Positions 42,998-52,194 of a stretch of DNA of 64,000 nt are shown here, piece by piece. Location: assembly GCA_049602735.1 (NCBI GenBank), contig JBMYRW010000006.1, positions 5,655 through 69,654 on the forward strand. Direction: 5' to 3'. This stretch comes from Thermoplasmatota archaeon. Lineage in GTDB: Archaea > Thermoplasmatota > E2 > JACPAO01 > JAHFTW01. Position 1 is the first letter of the stretch. The number at the start of each line of letters is the position of its first letter. The notes below the pieces were generated by a model. The model worked only from the letters and a program-made list of their open reading frames with translations. It was not told the DNA's origin and did not search any database. The translations under genes and the position numbers were made by a program.

Positions 42998-44958
42998 GAC
43001 TTCACCAGGTGCTTGCGGACGCCCATGTAGCCCAGGACCACCAGAAGGTACAGGAGCAACAGGAGGCCGGGCCATTGCAGGCCACCATCGGAGAGGTACA
43101 GGCTGCTGGCGAAGGCGCGCCCCTGCTCCACTTCGAGGGCGACGAGGCTGGCGATGACGATGCCGATGAGCGCTTCACCGGTGATGAGGCCGCTGGCGAA
43201 GAGGACACCATCGTGGGCTCCCTCGCTTTCGTCCTCGCCGCTGCCTTCCTTCCCATCCTTCGCTTCCTTGCGGCGGCGCAGGTAGCGGGCGACGAAGGAG
43301 GCACACAGGCCACCGAGGAAGATGGGCGCCGAGAGACCGACGGGAAGATAGATGCCCACCGCCACCGGCATGACCGGCGTGCGGATGTTGCTGCCGCGCT
43401 TCTCCAGGAACTCATCGAGGGTGATGAGGGCCACGGCGAGAGCGGCGCCGATGCCGATCATCCCGTACGGGAGCTCCTCCGTGCCGAAGATGCCCCCCGC
43501 CACACTCGCCATGAGGGTCGCCTGGGGTGCTGCGAGGTCGCCGCTGCCCAGTTCGTACGCCTTGGTGAGCGCCCAGACGGCCCAGGCGACCGTGGCGCCC
43601 GCCGCCAGCACGCCGACGATCTGCATCGCCTGCTGCCTGCGTGGCGTGCTGCCCAGGAGGTAGCCCGCCTTGAGGTCCTGCATGTTGTCGCCACCGATGG
43701 CGGCGGCGCTGGCGATGACCGCGGCGACCATGATGGCCGCAGCGGGGCCGACCTCGACGTCGACGCCCAGCAGGTACAGGAGGCCCGCGGCGGCGAGGAC
43801 CGTGATGATCGTGACACCGCTGATGGGGTTCTGGCTGCTGCCGACCAGGCCGGCCATGTAGGCGGCGACGGCCGAGAACAGGAAGCCCAGGATCACCATC
43901 AGGACCGCGAGCAGGCCGGCGACGATGGGGTCCTTGGTGGCGAACCAGTAGATGCCGAAGACCGGGATGGAGAGGGCGGCGACGCTGAGGTAGGTCGCCT
44001 TCATGCCGATCTCGCGGTCCGTGCGCAGCACTTCGCCGGCGTCCGCCTGCTTGGTGCGCTTGGAGCCAAGGGCCGCGGCCAGGGGCTTGCGCAGCTTGAC
44101 GAGGCTCCAGAGGCCACCGACGAGCATGGCGCCGACGCCCAGGTAACGGATCTGCTTGCTCCAGATGGTGTAGGCCGCATCGACGGGGGACAGGCCTGCC
44201 GTGAGCGCAGCCGCATCCGAGGCGAATGCGGTGTAGAGGGGGATGCCCACGAGCCAGCCCAAGACACCGCCGGCGAAGACGAGGGTGGCGATGGGGAGGC
44301 CGACGATGAAGCCGACCGCCAGGAGTGCAGGGCTGAGCGTGGCACCGAACGCCACGACGGATTCACCGGCCTTGCGGGCCGCAATCGCTTCCGCGCCGAA
44401 GAGCTTCAGGCCGCCCTCCATGAACTTGTAGACGGCGCCCGCGGCAGCACCCAGGGCGAGGGCGACGATGCCGGCCGCCTTGCCCCCTTCGCCCGCCTTC
44501 AGGACCTCCGCCGTCGCGATGCCTTCCGGGAACTTCAGTTGCGCTTCGACGATGAGCGCCCGGCGCAGCGGGACGGTGAAGAACACACCCAGCACGCCGC
44601 CCACCAGGGCGATGATGGTGGTCTCCCAGTAGTGGATCTCGGTCCAGTAGCCCATCACTAGCAGCGCGGGCACGGTGAAGATGACGCCCGCCGCCAGGGA
44701 CTCGCCGGCGCTCGCCGCCGTCTGCACGGCGTTGTTCTCCAGGATGCTGCGGTTCTTGAAGAAGCGAAGCAGCGCCATCGACACCACGGCCGCCGGGATG
44801 CTGGCGCTGACCGTCTGACCGACGCGCAGGCCCAGGTAGGCGTTGGCAGCACCCAGGATGATGGCCAGCAGGACGCCGAGCACCACCGCTTTGATCGTGA
44901 TCTCCGGCAGGTTGCGCGACGGTGCGATGTAAGGCACGTGCGGCTTGGGCTCGGACAC
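42994..44958 (-). CDS. OPT family oligopeptide transporter
   Basis: 654 aa and polytopic. N-terminal EITIKAVVLGVLLAIILGAANAYLGLRVGQTVSASIPAAV is the conserved bacterial/archaeal OPT block. Confidence 0.9.
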   Translation of the reverse strand: MSEPKPHVPYIAPSRNLPEITIKAVVLGVLLAIILGAANAYLGLRVGQTVSASIPAAVVSMALLRFFKNRSILENNAVQTAASAGESLAAGVIFTVPALLVMGYWTEIHYWETTIIALVGGVLGVFFTVPLRRALIVEAQLKFPEGIATAEVLKAGEGGKAAGIVALALGAAAGAVYKFMEGGLKLFGAEAIAARKAGESVVAFGATLSPALLAVGFIVGLPIATLVFAGGVLGWLVGIPLYTAFASDAAALTAGLSPVDAAYTIWSKQIRYLGVGAMLVGGLWSLVKLRKPLAAALGSKRTKQADAGEVLRTDREIGMKATYLSVAALSIPVFGIYWFATKDPIVAGLLAVLMVILGFLFSAVAAYMAGLVGSSQNPISGVTIITVLAAAGLLYLLGVDVEVGPAAAIMVAAVIASAAAIGGDNMQDLKAGYLLGSTPRRQQAMQIVGVLAAGATVAWAVWALTKAYELGSGDLAAPQATLMASVAGGIFGTEELPYGMIGIGAALAVALITLDEFLEKRGSNIRTPVMPVAVGIYLPVGLSAPIFLGGLCASFVARYLRRRKEAKDGKEGSGEDESEGAHDGVLFASGLITGEALIGIVIASLVALEVEQGRAFASSLYLSDGGLQWPGLLLLLYLLVVLGYMGVRKHLVKS

Positions 44959-45039
44959 GCCGCCGCACCCGCCTGTCCCTTATCAGATGTGTCCGTTCTA
45001 TCGCCAAACGTCAAGACTCGGCCACCGGTGCCCCAAGAC

Positions 45040-45489
45040 ATGCGTACCCTGTTGCTCTGTGGTCTTCTGGCCACGGCGGTCCTGGCGGGCTGCCTTGATG
45101 ACGAACCCGACGAGGAGCCCGCTCCCGCCGAAGAAGCACCCGTCACCCAAGCACCGGAGCGTCCCGAGAACATCACCGAATCGGGGTCCTGGATCGTCGA
45201 GACGGCGGAGATCCCGCTTTGCGTCGGCGAGTGCCTGTATGCCTACGACTTCGACCTCGGCGTCAACGCCAGCCTGGACCTGCACCTCGTCTGGGACAAC
45301 GGTCTCAGCGACCTCGACCTGTACCTGTACGAAGGCTCCGACCTGGTCGGGTTCAGCAACGAGCTCACGGGAAGCTCCGAGACCGTGAGCGTCCGGTTGG
45401 ATCCTGGTAGCTACCGCATCGAGGTGATCCCCTACCGCGCCGTGTCGGCCACCTTCCAACTGGAAGGGACATTCGAGGTCGATACGTGA
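45040..45489 (+). CDS. Lipoprotein with pre-peptidase C-terminal (PPC)-like beta-sandwich
   Basis: ORF trimmed to MRTLLLCGLLATAVLAGC. DLDLYLYEGSDLV...GSYRIEVIPY resembles a PPC domain. Confidence 0.55.
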   Translation: MRTLLLCGLLATAVLAGCLDDEPDEEPAPAEEAPVTQAPERPENITESGSWIVETAEIPLCVGECLYAYDFDLGVNASLDLHLVWDNGLSDLDLYLYEGSDLVGFSNELTGSSETVSVRLDPGSYRIEVIPYRAVSATFQLEGTFEVDT

Positions 45490-46808
45490 TGCGCCCGAAG
45501 GCCGGTGCGGCCACGGCGGTCGCTCTCCTGATGGCCTTCACCGTGGCCGGCTGCCTGGACGATGAGCCGGCCGACCAGCAGCCCTTGCCTCCCGTGCAGG
45601 AGGCGGTCTCGTTCCTGCCACCTGTCGACCTGATCTGCCCCGATTACGTGGTCTACGTGCGCGGCTGCGGCGACTTCGGCGAGCCCCAACTGGAGGTGGC
45701 CGGCGACGGCACCATCTGGTACAGTGCTGTGTGCTGCATCGGCCAATCGCCGCCGATCTGGCGCTCCTTCGACGGCGGCCTCACCTTCGAGGCCCTGCCG
45801 TTTGCCGACGGCACCGGCGCGGCGCGGGACGCCTTCGGCATCGAAGGGGACTTCGCCATCGATGATGCCGGCAACGTCTACTTCTTTGACATCGCGGCGG
45901 CCACGGCCTACTTCACCAAGTACGAAGCCGACGCCACGCACGTCCATACGAAGCCCGACGTGTTCCCTCCGTTGGTGGACCGACCCTGGGTGCGCGCCGG
46001 TGTGGAGGACGAGGTGTTCATCGCGTACAACACCGGCTCGTCGACCTGGTTCTACGCCAGCACTGACGGCGGGTTCACCTGGGATCGCCTGGGAGCGACC
46101 GAGTTCCCGTGCGCGCTCATGTCGCTGGGCCAGGGGCCTGTGCGTGACCACCTGATCATGGCGGGATGCTCCGGTGACCCGGCGGCGTGGATCAGCCTCG
46201 ACGGCGGTGCCACGTGGGGCGGCCGCATCGACCTGGCGCTCGAAGGGGACCAGGAAGGGACAGAGGCTTACATGCAGCCGGCGGCCGACGGGGCGGGCAT
46301 CACGTATGTCCCTGTGACCCACAGCACGTTCGGCGACGCCTCGACGCGCGCCAACGACCAGATCAGCGTCTTCGCCATCCACCCGGACGGCGCCGTCAAG
46401 GGCCCCTTCGTGGTCAGCCCCGACGACGGCATCGTGGACAAGCCGTGGCTCGTGGCCGGCAAGGAGGGCGTGGTGGCGCTCGCGTACTACGCGGCGGACG
46501 GTGTCAAGCGCGCGGCGGAGGCCGACGACGCCGAGTGGTACCTGAAGATCACGTACAGCACGGACGCCAACACCGAGAGCCCGACCTGGACAACGGTCGT
46601 CGCCGACCCGGAGCCGGTCCTGGAGGGGACGTTCGGTCGCGGCCTCGGCGATTTCCTGCAACTGCGTCAGACCCCCGACGGGGACCTCGTGGTCGCCTAT
46701 GCGGCCCGGCCTGACGGCGGGGACCTGGTCAACCGGTTCGTACGCACGGCGCCAGGCGGCGTCGATTTCGCCCCGGACGTGTTCCGGAACGGGCCGCAGC
46801 CAGCTTAG
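45489..46808 (+). CDS. BNR/Asp-box (sialidase-like) beta-propeller lipoprotein
   Basis: ATG overlaps the upstream stop (TGATG). Lipobox LLMAFTVAGC. Asp-boxes SFDGGLTF, STDGGFTW and SLDGGATW. Confidence 0.65.
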   Translation: MRPKAGAATAVALLMAFTVAGCLDDEPADQQPLPPVQEAVSFLPPVDLICPDYVVYVRGCGDFGEPQLEVAGDGTIWYSAVCCIGQSPPIWRSFDGGLTFEALPFADGTGAARDAFGIEGDFAIDDAGNVYFFDIAAATAYFTKYEADATHVHTKPDVFPPLVDRPWVRAGVEDEVFIAYNTGSSTWFYASTDGGFTWDRLGATEFPCALMSLGQGPVRDHLIMAGCSGDPAAWISLDGGATWGGRIDLALEGDQEGTEAYMQPAADGAGITYVPVTHSTFGDASTRANDQISVFAIHPDGAVKGPFVVSPDDGIVDKPWLVAGKEGVVALAYYAADGVKRAAEADDAEWYLKITYSTDANTESPTWTTVVADPEPVLEGTFGRGLGDFLQLRQTPDGDLVVAYAARPDGGDLVNRFVRTAPGGVDFAPDVFRNGPQPA

Positions 46809-47185
46809 GCAGCCAGCATCTCGGCCAATTCGCCGCTTTCCAGCAGCTCCAGGGCGATGTCGCTGCCGCCCACGAGCTCGCCCTTCACCCACACCTGGGG
46901 CAGGGTCGGGAACTGGGCCCATTCGGCCAGGGCCTGGATCGTCGTCCACGGGTCGGGACCGGCCTCGAAGACGTTGACCGACTGGAACGGGTGGCCGCTC
47001 TGTTGCATGACCGCGGCGGCGCGGGCGCTGAAGCCGCACTGGGGCTGCTCGGGGGTCCCCTTCATGAAGAGCACCAGGTCGTTGGACTGCACGAGGCTGT
47101 CCCACGCCTGCTTCTGGTCAGCGGTGAGGGCACCAGCGGGAGCGGAGCCGGCAGGGGCCGGGGCGCCGGCCATCGGGATGTCCAT
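46805..47185 (-). CDS. Monothiol (CGFS-type, Grx4 family) glutaredoxin
   Basis: VLFMKGTPEQPQCGFS...WAQFPTLPQVWVKGELVGGSD. Confidence 0.85.
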   Translation of the reverse strand: MDIPMAGAPAPAGSAPAGALTADQKQAWDSLVQSNDLVLFMKGTPEQPQCGFSARAAAVMQQSGHPFQSVNVFEAGPDPWTTIQALAEWAQFPTLPQVWVKGELVGGSDIALELLESGELAEMLAA

Positions 47186-47242
47186 GCTGCTGCCTGTGCG
47201 GCGCGGGACTTCAAGGTTGGGGACGCGGCGGGTCGGGCCAGG

Positions 47243-47554
47243 TCAGTGCTTGTGCATGCCCGGGGTGCCTCCGGCGTGGGGGTGGAACGGCTTGGGCAGC
47301 TCGCCGCCGTGCTTCTCCTCAAGCTCCTGGGGCGTGATGCACTTCAGGTCGAGGGCGTGGATGGCGCCGCTCTGGAAGTGCGGGGTCGCGGCGGCCAGGA
47401 GGGGGCGTTGGCGTTGGAAGCTGCGGCTGCCTTCGAAGCTCTCGGCCACGACGACGCAGAACCAGTGGTCACCGGTGCCGTTGAGGTCGGTGGCGTGCAC
47501 GTCGGCGTCCGGGACGACGCCTTGGATGAGGTCGGCGAGCGCTCGGGGATCCAT
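47243..47554 (-). CDS. BolA family protein
   Basis: GDHWFCVVVAESFEG...RQRPL...GAIHALDLKCITPQE fits the BolA pattern. Confidence 0.8.
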   Translation of the reverse strand: MDPRALADLIQGVVPDADVHATDLNGTGDHWFCVVVAESFEGSRSFQRQRPLLAAATPHFQSGAIHALDLKCITPQELEEKHGGELPKPFHPHAGGTPGMHKH

Positions 47555-47611
47555 GGGCTGCCCACGGCGGGCCGGCGCTTGGGGCTTGCGGGCCGGGCCA
47601 TGCCAGGCCGT

Positions 47612-48496
47612 TCAGATGCGCACGCGGATGGCGGCCCGGTTGTTGGCGTAGTCGGACTCGTCGTAGACGCGGCCCGGGTTGATCTCCACTTCGAGCACGT
47701 AGCGGCCAGGGCCCACGTCGGTGATGTCGACCCATTGGCCATCCAGGTAGGCGCCGTAGACGTCGGCCCAGCCGGCGGTGATGCCCTGATCGGTGGAGCA
47801 GGAGTGGTACTTGGACGGGACGGCCCAGTAGCTGCGGATGTCGATGACGCAGAAGCCTTGCTTGCGTCCCTCCAGGAGGTGGTCGGCGTAGCGCGGGTCG
47901 GTCGCCATGACGTCCTCCGGCATCGCGTCGGGATCTGCGGCCCGCGCCCGGTCCCAGGCCTTCCAGCCGCGCATGGTCCAGAGGCGGTAGTCGACGTAGT
48001 CGGTGAAGTGGTAGTGGCTGTGGCAGGGGCTGAAGATGAACCAGTCCGGGTGGTCTGCGGGGGCGCCCACGATCAGGTCGCCGTCTCCGAGGTTGGCGCT
48101 GGCGGTCGGGAAGCGCAGGAGGTGGCGTGTACCAGGAACGGTGGCGCCTTCGATGACGGCGCAGTGGCCCGCGCCGAACGTCCGGGTCTCCTTGAACGCC
48201 TGGCGTAGGTCACGGGGATCGATGCGGAGGTCCGGGCAGCCGGCAGGGTCGCTGCAAGGGACGGTACTGGGCGGCATCTCGGCGGTCGCATCGAAGCTGG
48301 TGCCTCGAAGGATGCGCGTGCGCACCCGCTGGTCGTCGCCCACATCGCACGCCTGGGTGCGCTCGTCGCACTGGAGCTTCTCCTGGGTCGCCACGTCGCC
48401 CCCGTACGAGGGCTGCAGTGCGTCGTCGGCCGACACCATGCCCAGGGGGAGCGCCAACAGCAGCGTGCAGGCGAGAAGGCGCGGGAAGTGGTCCAT
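47612..48496 (-). CDS. Secreted lysyl oxidase-like copper amine oxidase
   Basis: ORF trimmed to MDHFPRLLACTLLLALPLGMVSA. FSPCHSHYHF matches the copper-binding WxWHxCHxHYH block. GFCVID and GWADVY match the LTQ-region blocks. Confidence 0.75.
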   Translation of the reverse strand: MDHFPRLLACTLLLALPLGMVSADDALQPSYGGDVATQEKLQCDERTQACDVGDDQRVRTRILRGTSFDATAEMPPSTVPCSDPAGCPDLRIDPRDLRQAFKETRTFGAGHCAVIEGATVPGTRHLLRFPTASANLGDGDLIVGAPADHPDWFIFSPCHSHYHFTDYVDYRLWTMRGWKAWDRARAADPDAMPEDVMATDPRYADHLLEGRKQGFCVIDIRSYWAVPSKYHSCSTDQGITAGWADVYGAYLDGQWVDITDVGPGRYVLEVEINPGRVYDESDYANNRAAIRVRI

Positions 48497-48528
48497 GGGG
48501 GCTGGACCGGCGACCTGGCGGAAGTACG

Positions 48529-48882
48529 TTATCGCGTGGCGGCGGCCAGTTGGTCGATCTTGGCGGCCAGAATGAAATCGTTCTCCGTGAGGCCCCCGGC
48601 GGCGTGGGTCCAGAGGGCGACGCGGAGGTTGCGGTAGCCGGTCAAGTGGAGGTCGGGGTGGTGCCCCTCCGCTTCTGCCAGGGCCCCGATGCGGTTCGTG
48701 AGGTCCAGGGCGGCGGTGAAGTCGGCCAGGCGCCAGCAGCGTTGCAGCCGCGGGATGCGGTCCTCTCCTTCGCAGAGGCTCCAGCCGGGCACCTGGGCCA
48801 CCAGGTCGCGGGCTTCGTCGCTGGCGAGGGACGGGGTACCACCTTCGCAAGGGACGCAGTGTCTGGAGACGAGTTCGGCCAT
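48529..48882 (-). CDS. 4a-hydroxytetrahydrobiopterin (pterin-4-alpha-carbinolamine) dehydratase
   Basis: EAEGHHPDLHLTGYRNLRVALWTHAAGGLTENDFILAAKID is the PCD signature. Confidence 0.85.
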   Translation of the reverse strand: MAELVSRHCVPCEGGTPSLASDEARDLVAQVPGWSLCEGEDRIPRLQRCWRLADFTAALDLTNRIGALAEAEGHHPDLHLTGYRNLRVALWTHAAGGLTENDFILAAKIDQLAAATR

Positions 48883-48917
48883 GCCCTTGATGGGCGCTCG
48901 GGGGCCTTGGACCTTGC

Positions 48918-50117
48918 TCAGGCAGCCTCGGCCGATGACGGGGCCGCTAGAGCCGCCGCGGCGAGACCACGTTCCAGGTCCTCTTGCAGGTCGTCCAGGT
49001 CCTCGATGCCGACAGAGAGGCGCACGAGGCCGTCCGTGACCCCCGCCGCACGGCGTTCATCGGGGCTGGCGTAGGCATGGCTGGTCTCCAACGGGAGGCT
49101 GACGAGGCTCTCGACGCCGCCGAGGCTGGCGGCCGGGGCGAACCACTGCACGGCGCGGCGGAACGCCTGCGCAGCGGCGAGACTGCCCAGGTCCAGGCTC
49201 AACATGGCGCCGTAGCCATCCAGCACCCGCGCGGCGATGGCGTGGTCCGGGTGGTCCGGGAGTCCTGGGTGGTGCGCGGCCATGACGCGGGGGTCGTCGG
49301 CCATCGCCTGGGCCAGCGCCAGGGCGTTCTCGCTCTGGCGCCGCAGCCGCAGGTCCAAGGTCTTCATGCCGCGGCCCACCTGGTAGGCGGCGTGGGGATC
49401 CAGGGTGGCGCCCAGGTTGCGGCGGCGCTGCCAGAGGGCCGGCAGCAGCTCCTCGTCGGCCGCCACGACGCCCGCCGTGACGTCGCCGTGGCCGTTGAGG
49501 TACTTGGTGGCGGAGTGGACGACCACGTCAGCGCCCAGGGCGAGGGGACGTTGCAGGAGCGGCGTGGCGAAGGTGGCATCCACCACGAGCCGGGCGCCCG
49601 CGTCGTGGGCGGCGTCGGCCCAGTCGGACACGTCGGGCACGCGCAAGAGCGGATTGGTGATCGACTCGATCCACACGATGTCGGTGCCGTCCGGGATCTC
49701 GGGCTCGTCGTCGGGCGACGCAGCGGCGACGGTGACGCCGCGCGGGGCCAACTCCTCGTGGAAGAGGGCGGTCGTGCCGCCGTAGATGCCGGCCAGGTGG
49801 ACGATGGAGCCGCGCCGCCCTGCGTCGGGCCCTGGAAGGAGGGCGTTGCAGGTCGCCTGGATGGCACCCATGCCGCTCGCGAACAGATACGCGCCGTCGG
49901 CGTCCTCCAGGGCCGCCAGCTTCGCCTCCACCGCCTGCAACGTCGGGTTGTCGTAGCGGCTGTAGATGTGCGTCGCCGGCTCGCCGCCCGCCCCTTCAGG
50001 GAACAGGTACGTCGTCGAGGGATGGATCGGCGTGTTGAGGGCCCCGCTGGCCGCATCGGGACGTTCGCCGGCGTGGACGCATCGCGTAGAGGGGCCTGGG
50101 CGGCCGGAAGGAGCCAC
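48918..50117 (-). CDS. PLP-dependent Cys/Met-metabolism enzyme (cystathionine gamma-synthase/lyase family)
   Basis: ORF trimmed to the GTG at 50117, just after the upstream stop at 50138. TRCVHAGE, YSRYDNPT and VVHSATKYLNGHGD (PLP-lysine). Confidence 0.85.
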   Translation of the reverse strand: MAPSGRPGPSTRCVHAGERPDAASGALNTPIHPSTTYLFPEGAGGEPATHIYSRYDNPTLQAVEAKLAALEDADGAYLFASGMGAIQATCNALLPGPDAGRRGSIVHLAGIYGGTTALFHEELAPRGVTVAAASPDDEPEIPDGTDIVWIESITNPLLRVPDVSDWADAAHDAGARLVVDATFATPLLQRPLALGADVVVHSATKYLNGHGDVTAGVVAADEELLPALWQRRRNLGATLDPHAAYQVGRGMKTLDLRLRRQSENALALAQAMADDPRVMAAHHPGLPDHPDHAIAARVLDGYGAMLSLDLGSLAAAQAFRRAVQWFAPAASLGGVESLVSLPLETSHAYASPDERRAAGVTDGLVRLSVGIEDLDDLQEDLERGLAAAALAAPSSAEAA

Positions 50118-50137
50118 GCGGCGGCCAGGGGCGACGG

Positions 50138-50884
50138 CTATTTGCTCATGGCGGCCAGGGTCGCTTCGCGGACCTCGACGGCACGGGGGTGGAACCAGGT
50201 ATCGAGCCACAGGTCGAGGCTGGCGTCGGCGCTCGCTTCCCAGTCGGCCAGGGCGCGGCGCCGCAGGCCCTCCTTGATGTGGGCGAAGCCGAGGCCGGGC
50301 AGGTCGGCGAGCTCCTGGGCCCGCTTGACCGCCATGCCGACGAGCCGGTCCTGGGCGACCACCTGTTGGATGAGCCCACAGGCGACCCCTTCACTCGGGT
50401 CGTAGCTGCGTCCTTCAAGCGCCAGCGGCACGAGGTGGGGCGGCGCCACGGCGAGGCGGAGCGGCTCGATGACGGCGGAAGGGAGCCCGACGCCCAGGAC
50501 GACCTCTTTGAGGCAGAGGCTGAGCTTGGTGTTGGCGCAGTACCGTTCGTCCGCCTGGAGGGCAAGGACGAGGCCGCCCGCGATGGCGTGGCCGTTCACG
50601 GCGGCGACCACGGGGCCCGGCCAGGTGAAGAGCCGGCGCATGACGGCGTCGAAGCGCTCCATCATCTGGGCCATGCCGTGGCGGTCCAACTCGTGGAGGG
50701 AGGCCAGGTCGAGGCCGGCGGAGAAGAAGCGCTCGTACCCTGTCAAGACCATCGCACGGGCGTTGGCCTGTTCCACTTGGTCAAGGCAGCCGTCGAGGGC
50801 CTCCAGCATGGCCGGGTTCATGGCGTTCGCCTTGCCGCCTTCGATGTGGACGACCGCCACGTCGCCCTGTTGTTCCACGCGCAT
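50138..50884 (-). CDS. Enoyl-CoA hydratase/isomerase (crotonase) family protein
   Basis: ORF trimmed to the ATG at 50884. NAMNPAM, FFSAGLDL and VVAAVNGHAIAGGLVLAL. Confidence 0.85.
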   Translation of the reverse strand: MRVEQQGDVAVVHIEGGKANAMNPAMLEALDGCLDQVEQANARAMVLTGYERFFSAGLDLASLHELDRHGMAQMMERFDAVMRRLFTWPGPVVAAVNGHAIAGGLVLALQADERYCANTKLSLCLKEVVLGVGLPSAVIEPLRLAVAPPHLVPLALEGRSYDPSEGVACGLIQQVVAQDRLVGMAVKRAQELADLPGLGFAHIKEGLRRRALADWEASADASLDLWLDTWFHPRAVEVREATLAAMSK

Positions 50885-51106
50885 GCAGTTGCGCAAGATG
50901 GGCGGGGTTTACAGAACTGGTGACGTGTCCCAGGATGCGCCACGACGTGTTTCTGGGAGGCGGCTGATAGGAAGGCCATGCGAAGGCGGGGCAGCGCCCC
51001 GTCGAGCATGGCCTGACGCCTCAGACGGCCGCAGAAACAGGTCCCAGGCCGCTTTGCGGTCTGGGCGCCGAAGGCGCGTGGCGTTTGCAAGGGGCACGGA
51101 ACCAGT

Positions 51107-52075
51107 TCACGTCTCTTGCCAGCGTGCAGCGTCCGCCTTGAGGTGCCCTTCGAGGTCCGGCTGCCAGCCCAGGGTCCGCGCCTTGGTGGTGTCGTAGTGC
51201 ATGGGGGCCTTGAGGCCGCGCAGGAGTTCCAGGCCGAGATCGGCGCGTTTGCCGGTGAAGCGGCCGGCGAGGTCCAGGCCCGCGGCGACGGGCCAGAGGG
51301 CGTCCATGGGGAAGCGGCGGCGGGGCGCGGCGACGCCGGTGGTCGCTTCGAAGAGCGACATGAGCCCCTCTTGCGTCAGGCTGCGGTCGCTCAGGATGTA
51401 CGCCCCCTCTCCCTGTTCCAGGACCTGGAGGCTGCCGGCGGCCACGTCCTCGACGTGGACATATCCAGTGGGGCGGTCGCCGGTGAGGACCACGGGGAGC
51501 TTGCCCTGGAGGTAGCGCTTGAGCAGCAGGCCGCTGCTGGTGTCGCCGATGCCGAGGACGACGGAGGGCTGCACCGCCACCACGTCGACGCCGTGGTCAC
51601 CGTGGAGTGCCACCTGGTGCGCCTCGTACTTGCTGCGTTCATACGTGGACTGGAAGCGGGTGCGGGGTTCGTCGGCCAGGGCCTCGGTGGCCGGCTCCTT
51701 GAACTTGCGGCCGAGCGCCGCGACGCTGGAGACATGCAAGACGCGCTCCACGTCCGCCTTGGCCGCGGCCGCCAGGACGTTGACGGTGCCGCCGACGTTG
51801 GTGTCGAGCATGAGCTGCCGCTTGGCAGGGGGCAGGCCGAAGCCGACCCAGGCGGCCGCATGGATCACCACGTCCGCCTCCGAGAAATCGAGGCTCGCGG
51901 GGTCCGTCACGTCCCCTTTGCGGGCCGCCACACCATCCGGCATCCCCGCACCGCGCACCCCGCGACGGCTCACCGTCTCCACCTGGCAGCCCCGCTCCAA
52001 GAGATGCCGCGCCAGCGCTTCGCCGATGAGCCCCGTGCCGCCGGTGATCGCCACCCGTTTGCCGTCCAACTTCAC
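51107..52075 (-). CDS. NAD-dependent epimerase/dehydratase (extended SDR)
   Basis: ORF trimmed to the GTG at 52075 (VKLDGKRVAITGGTGLIGEAL). YERSKYEAH is the YxxxK motif. Confidence 0.8.
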   Translation of the reverse strand: MKLDGKRVAITGGTGLIGEALARHLLERGCQVETVSRRGVRGAGMPDGVAARKGDVTDPASLDFSEADVVIHAAAWVGFGLPPAKRQLMLDTNVGGTVNVLAAAAKADVERVLHVSSVAALGRKFKEPATEALADEPRTRFQSTYERSKYEAHQVALHGDHGVDVVAVQPSVVLGIGDTSSGLLLKRYLQGKLPVVLTGDRPTGYVHVEDVAAGSLQVLEQGEGAYILSDRSLTQEGLMSLFEATTGVAAPRRRFPMDALWPVAAGLDLAGRFTGKRADLGLELLRGLKAPMHYDTTKARTLGWQPDLEGHLKADAARWQET

Positions 52076-52194
52076 GGCCCAGGCAGCCCGGCCGGGCCGT
52101 TTCAGCGTGCCGTCGCACCCCCTGCGCACCCTCCGGGCACTTTCACTCACCCCAGCGCCTGTTCCATACCCCTCATCTACCTCGCTCACAGTCC

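Noticed and set aside
43009-44661. 550-aa plus-strand ORF opposite the OPT transporter. Similar long shadow ORFs occur at 8036-9151, 9332-10894, 39737-41008, 41565-42689, 45432-47105, 46991-48208, 48984-50405, 51116-52207, 53773-54843 and 62176-63741.
   Set aside because: Each is antisense to, or out of frame with, a gene carrying diagnostic motifs. The products are Arg/Gly/Ala/Asp-rich with no family resemblance.
50885-51106. Replication origin in the 220-nt non-coding gap near cdc6
   Set aside because: The gap is GC-rich with no A/T-rich unwinding element. It has only one loose direct repeat (GACGTGT...), which is not enough to call ORB elements.
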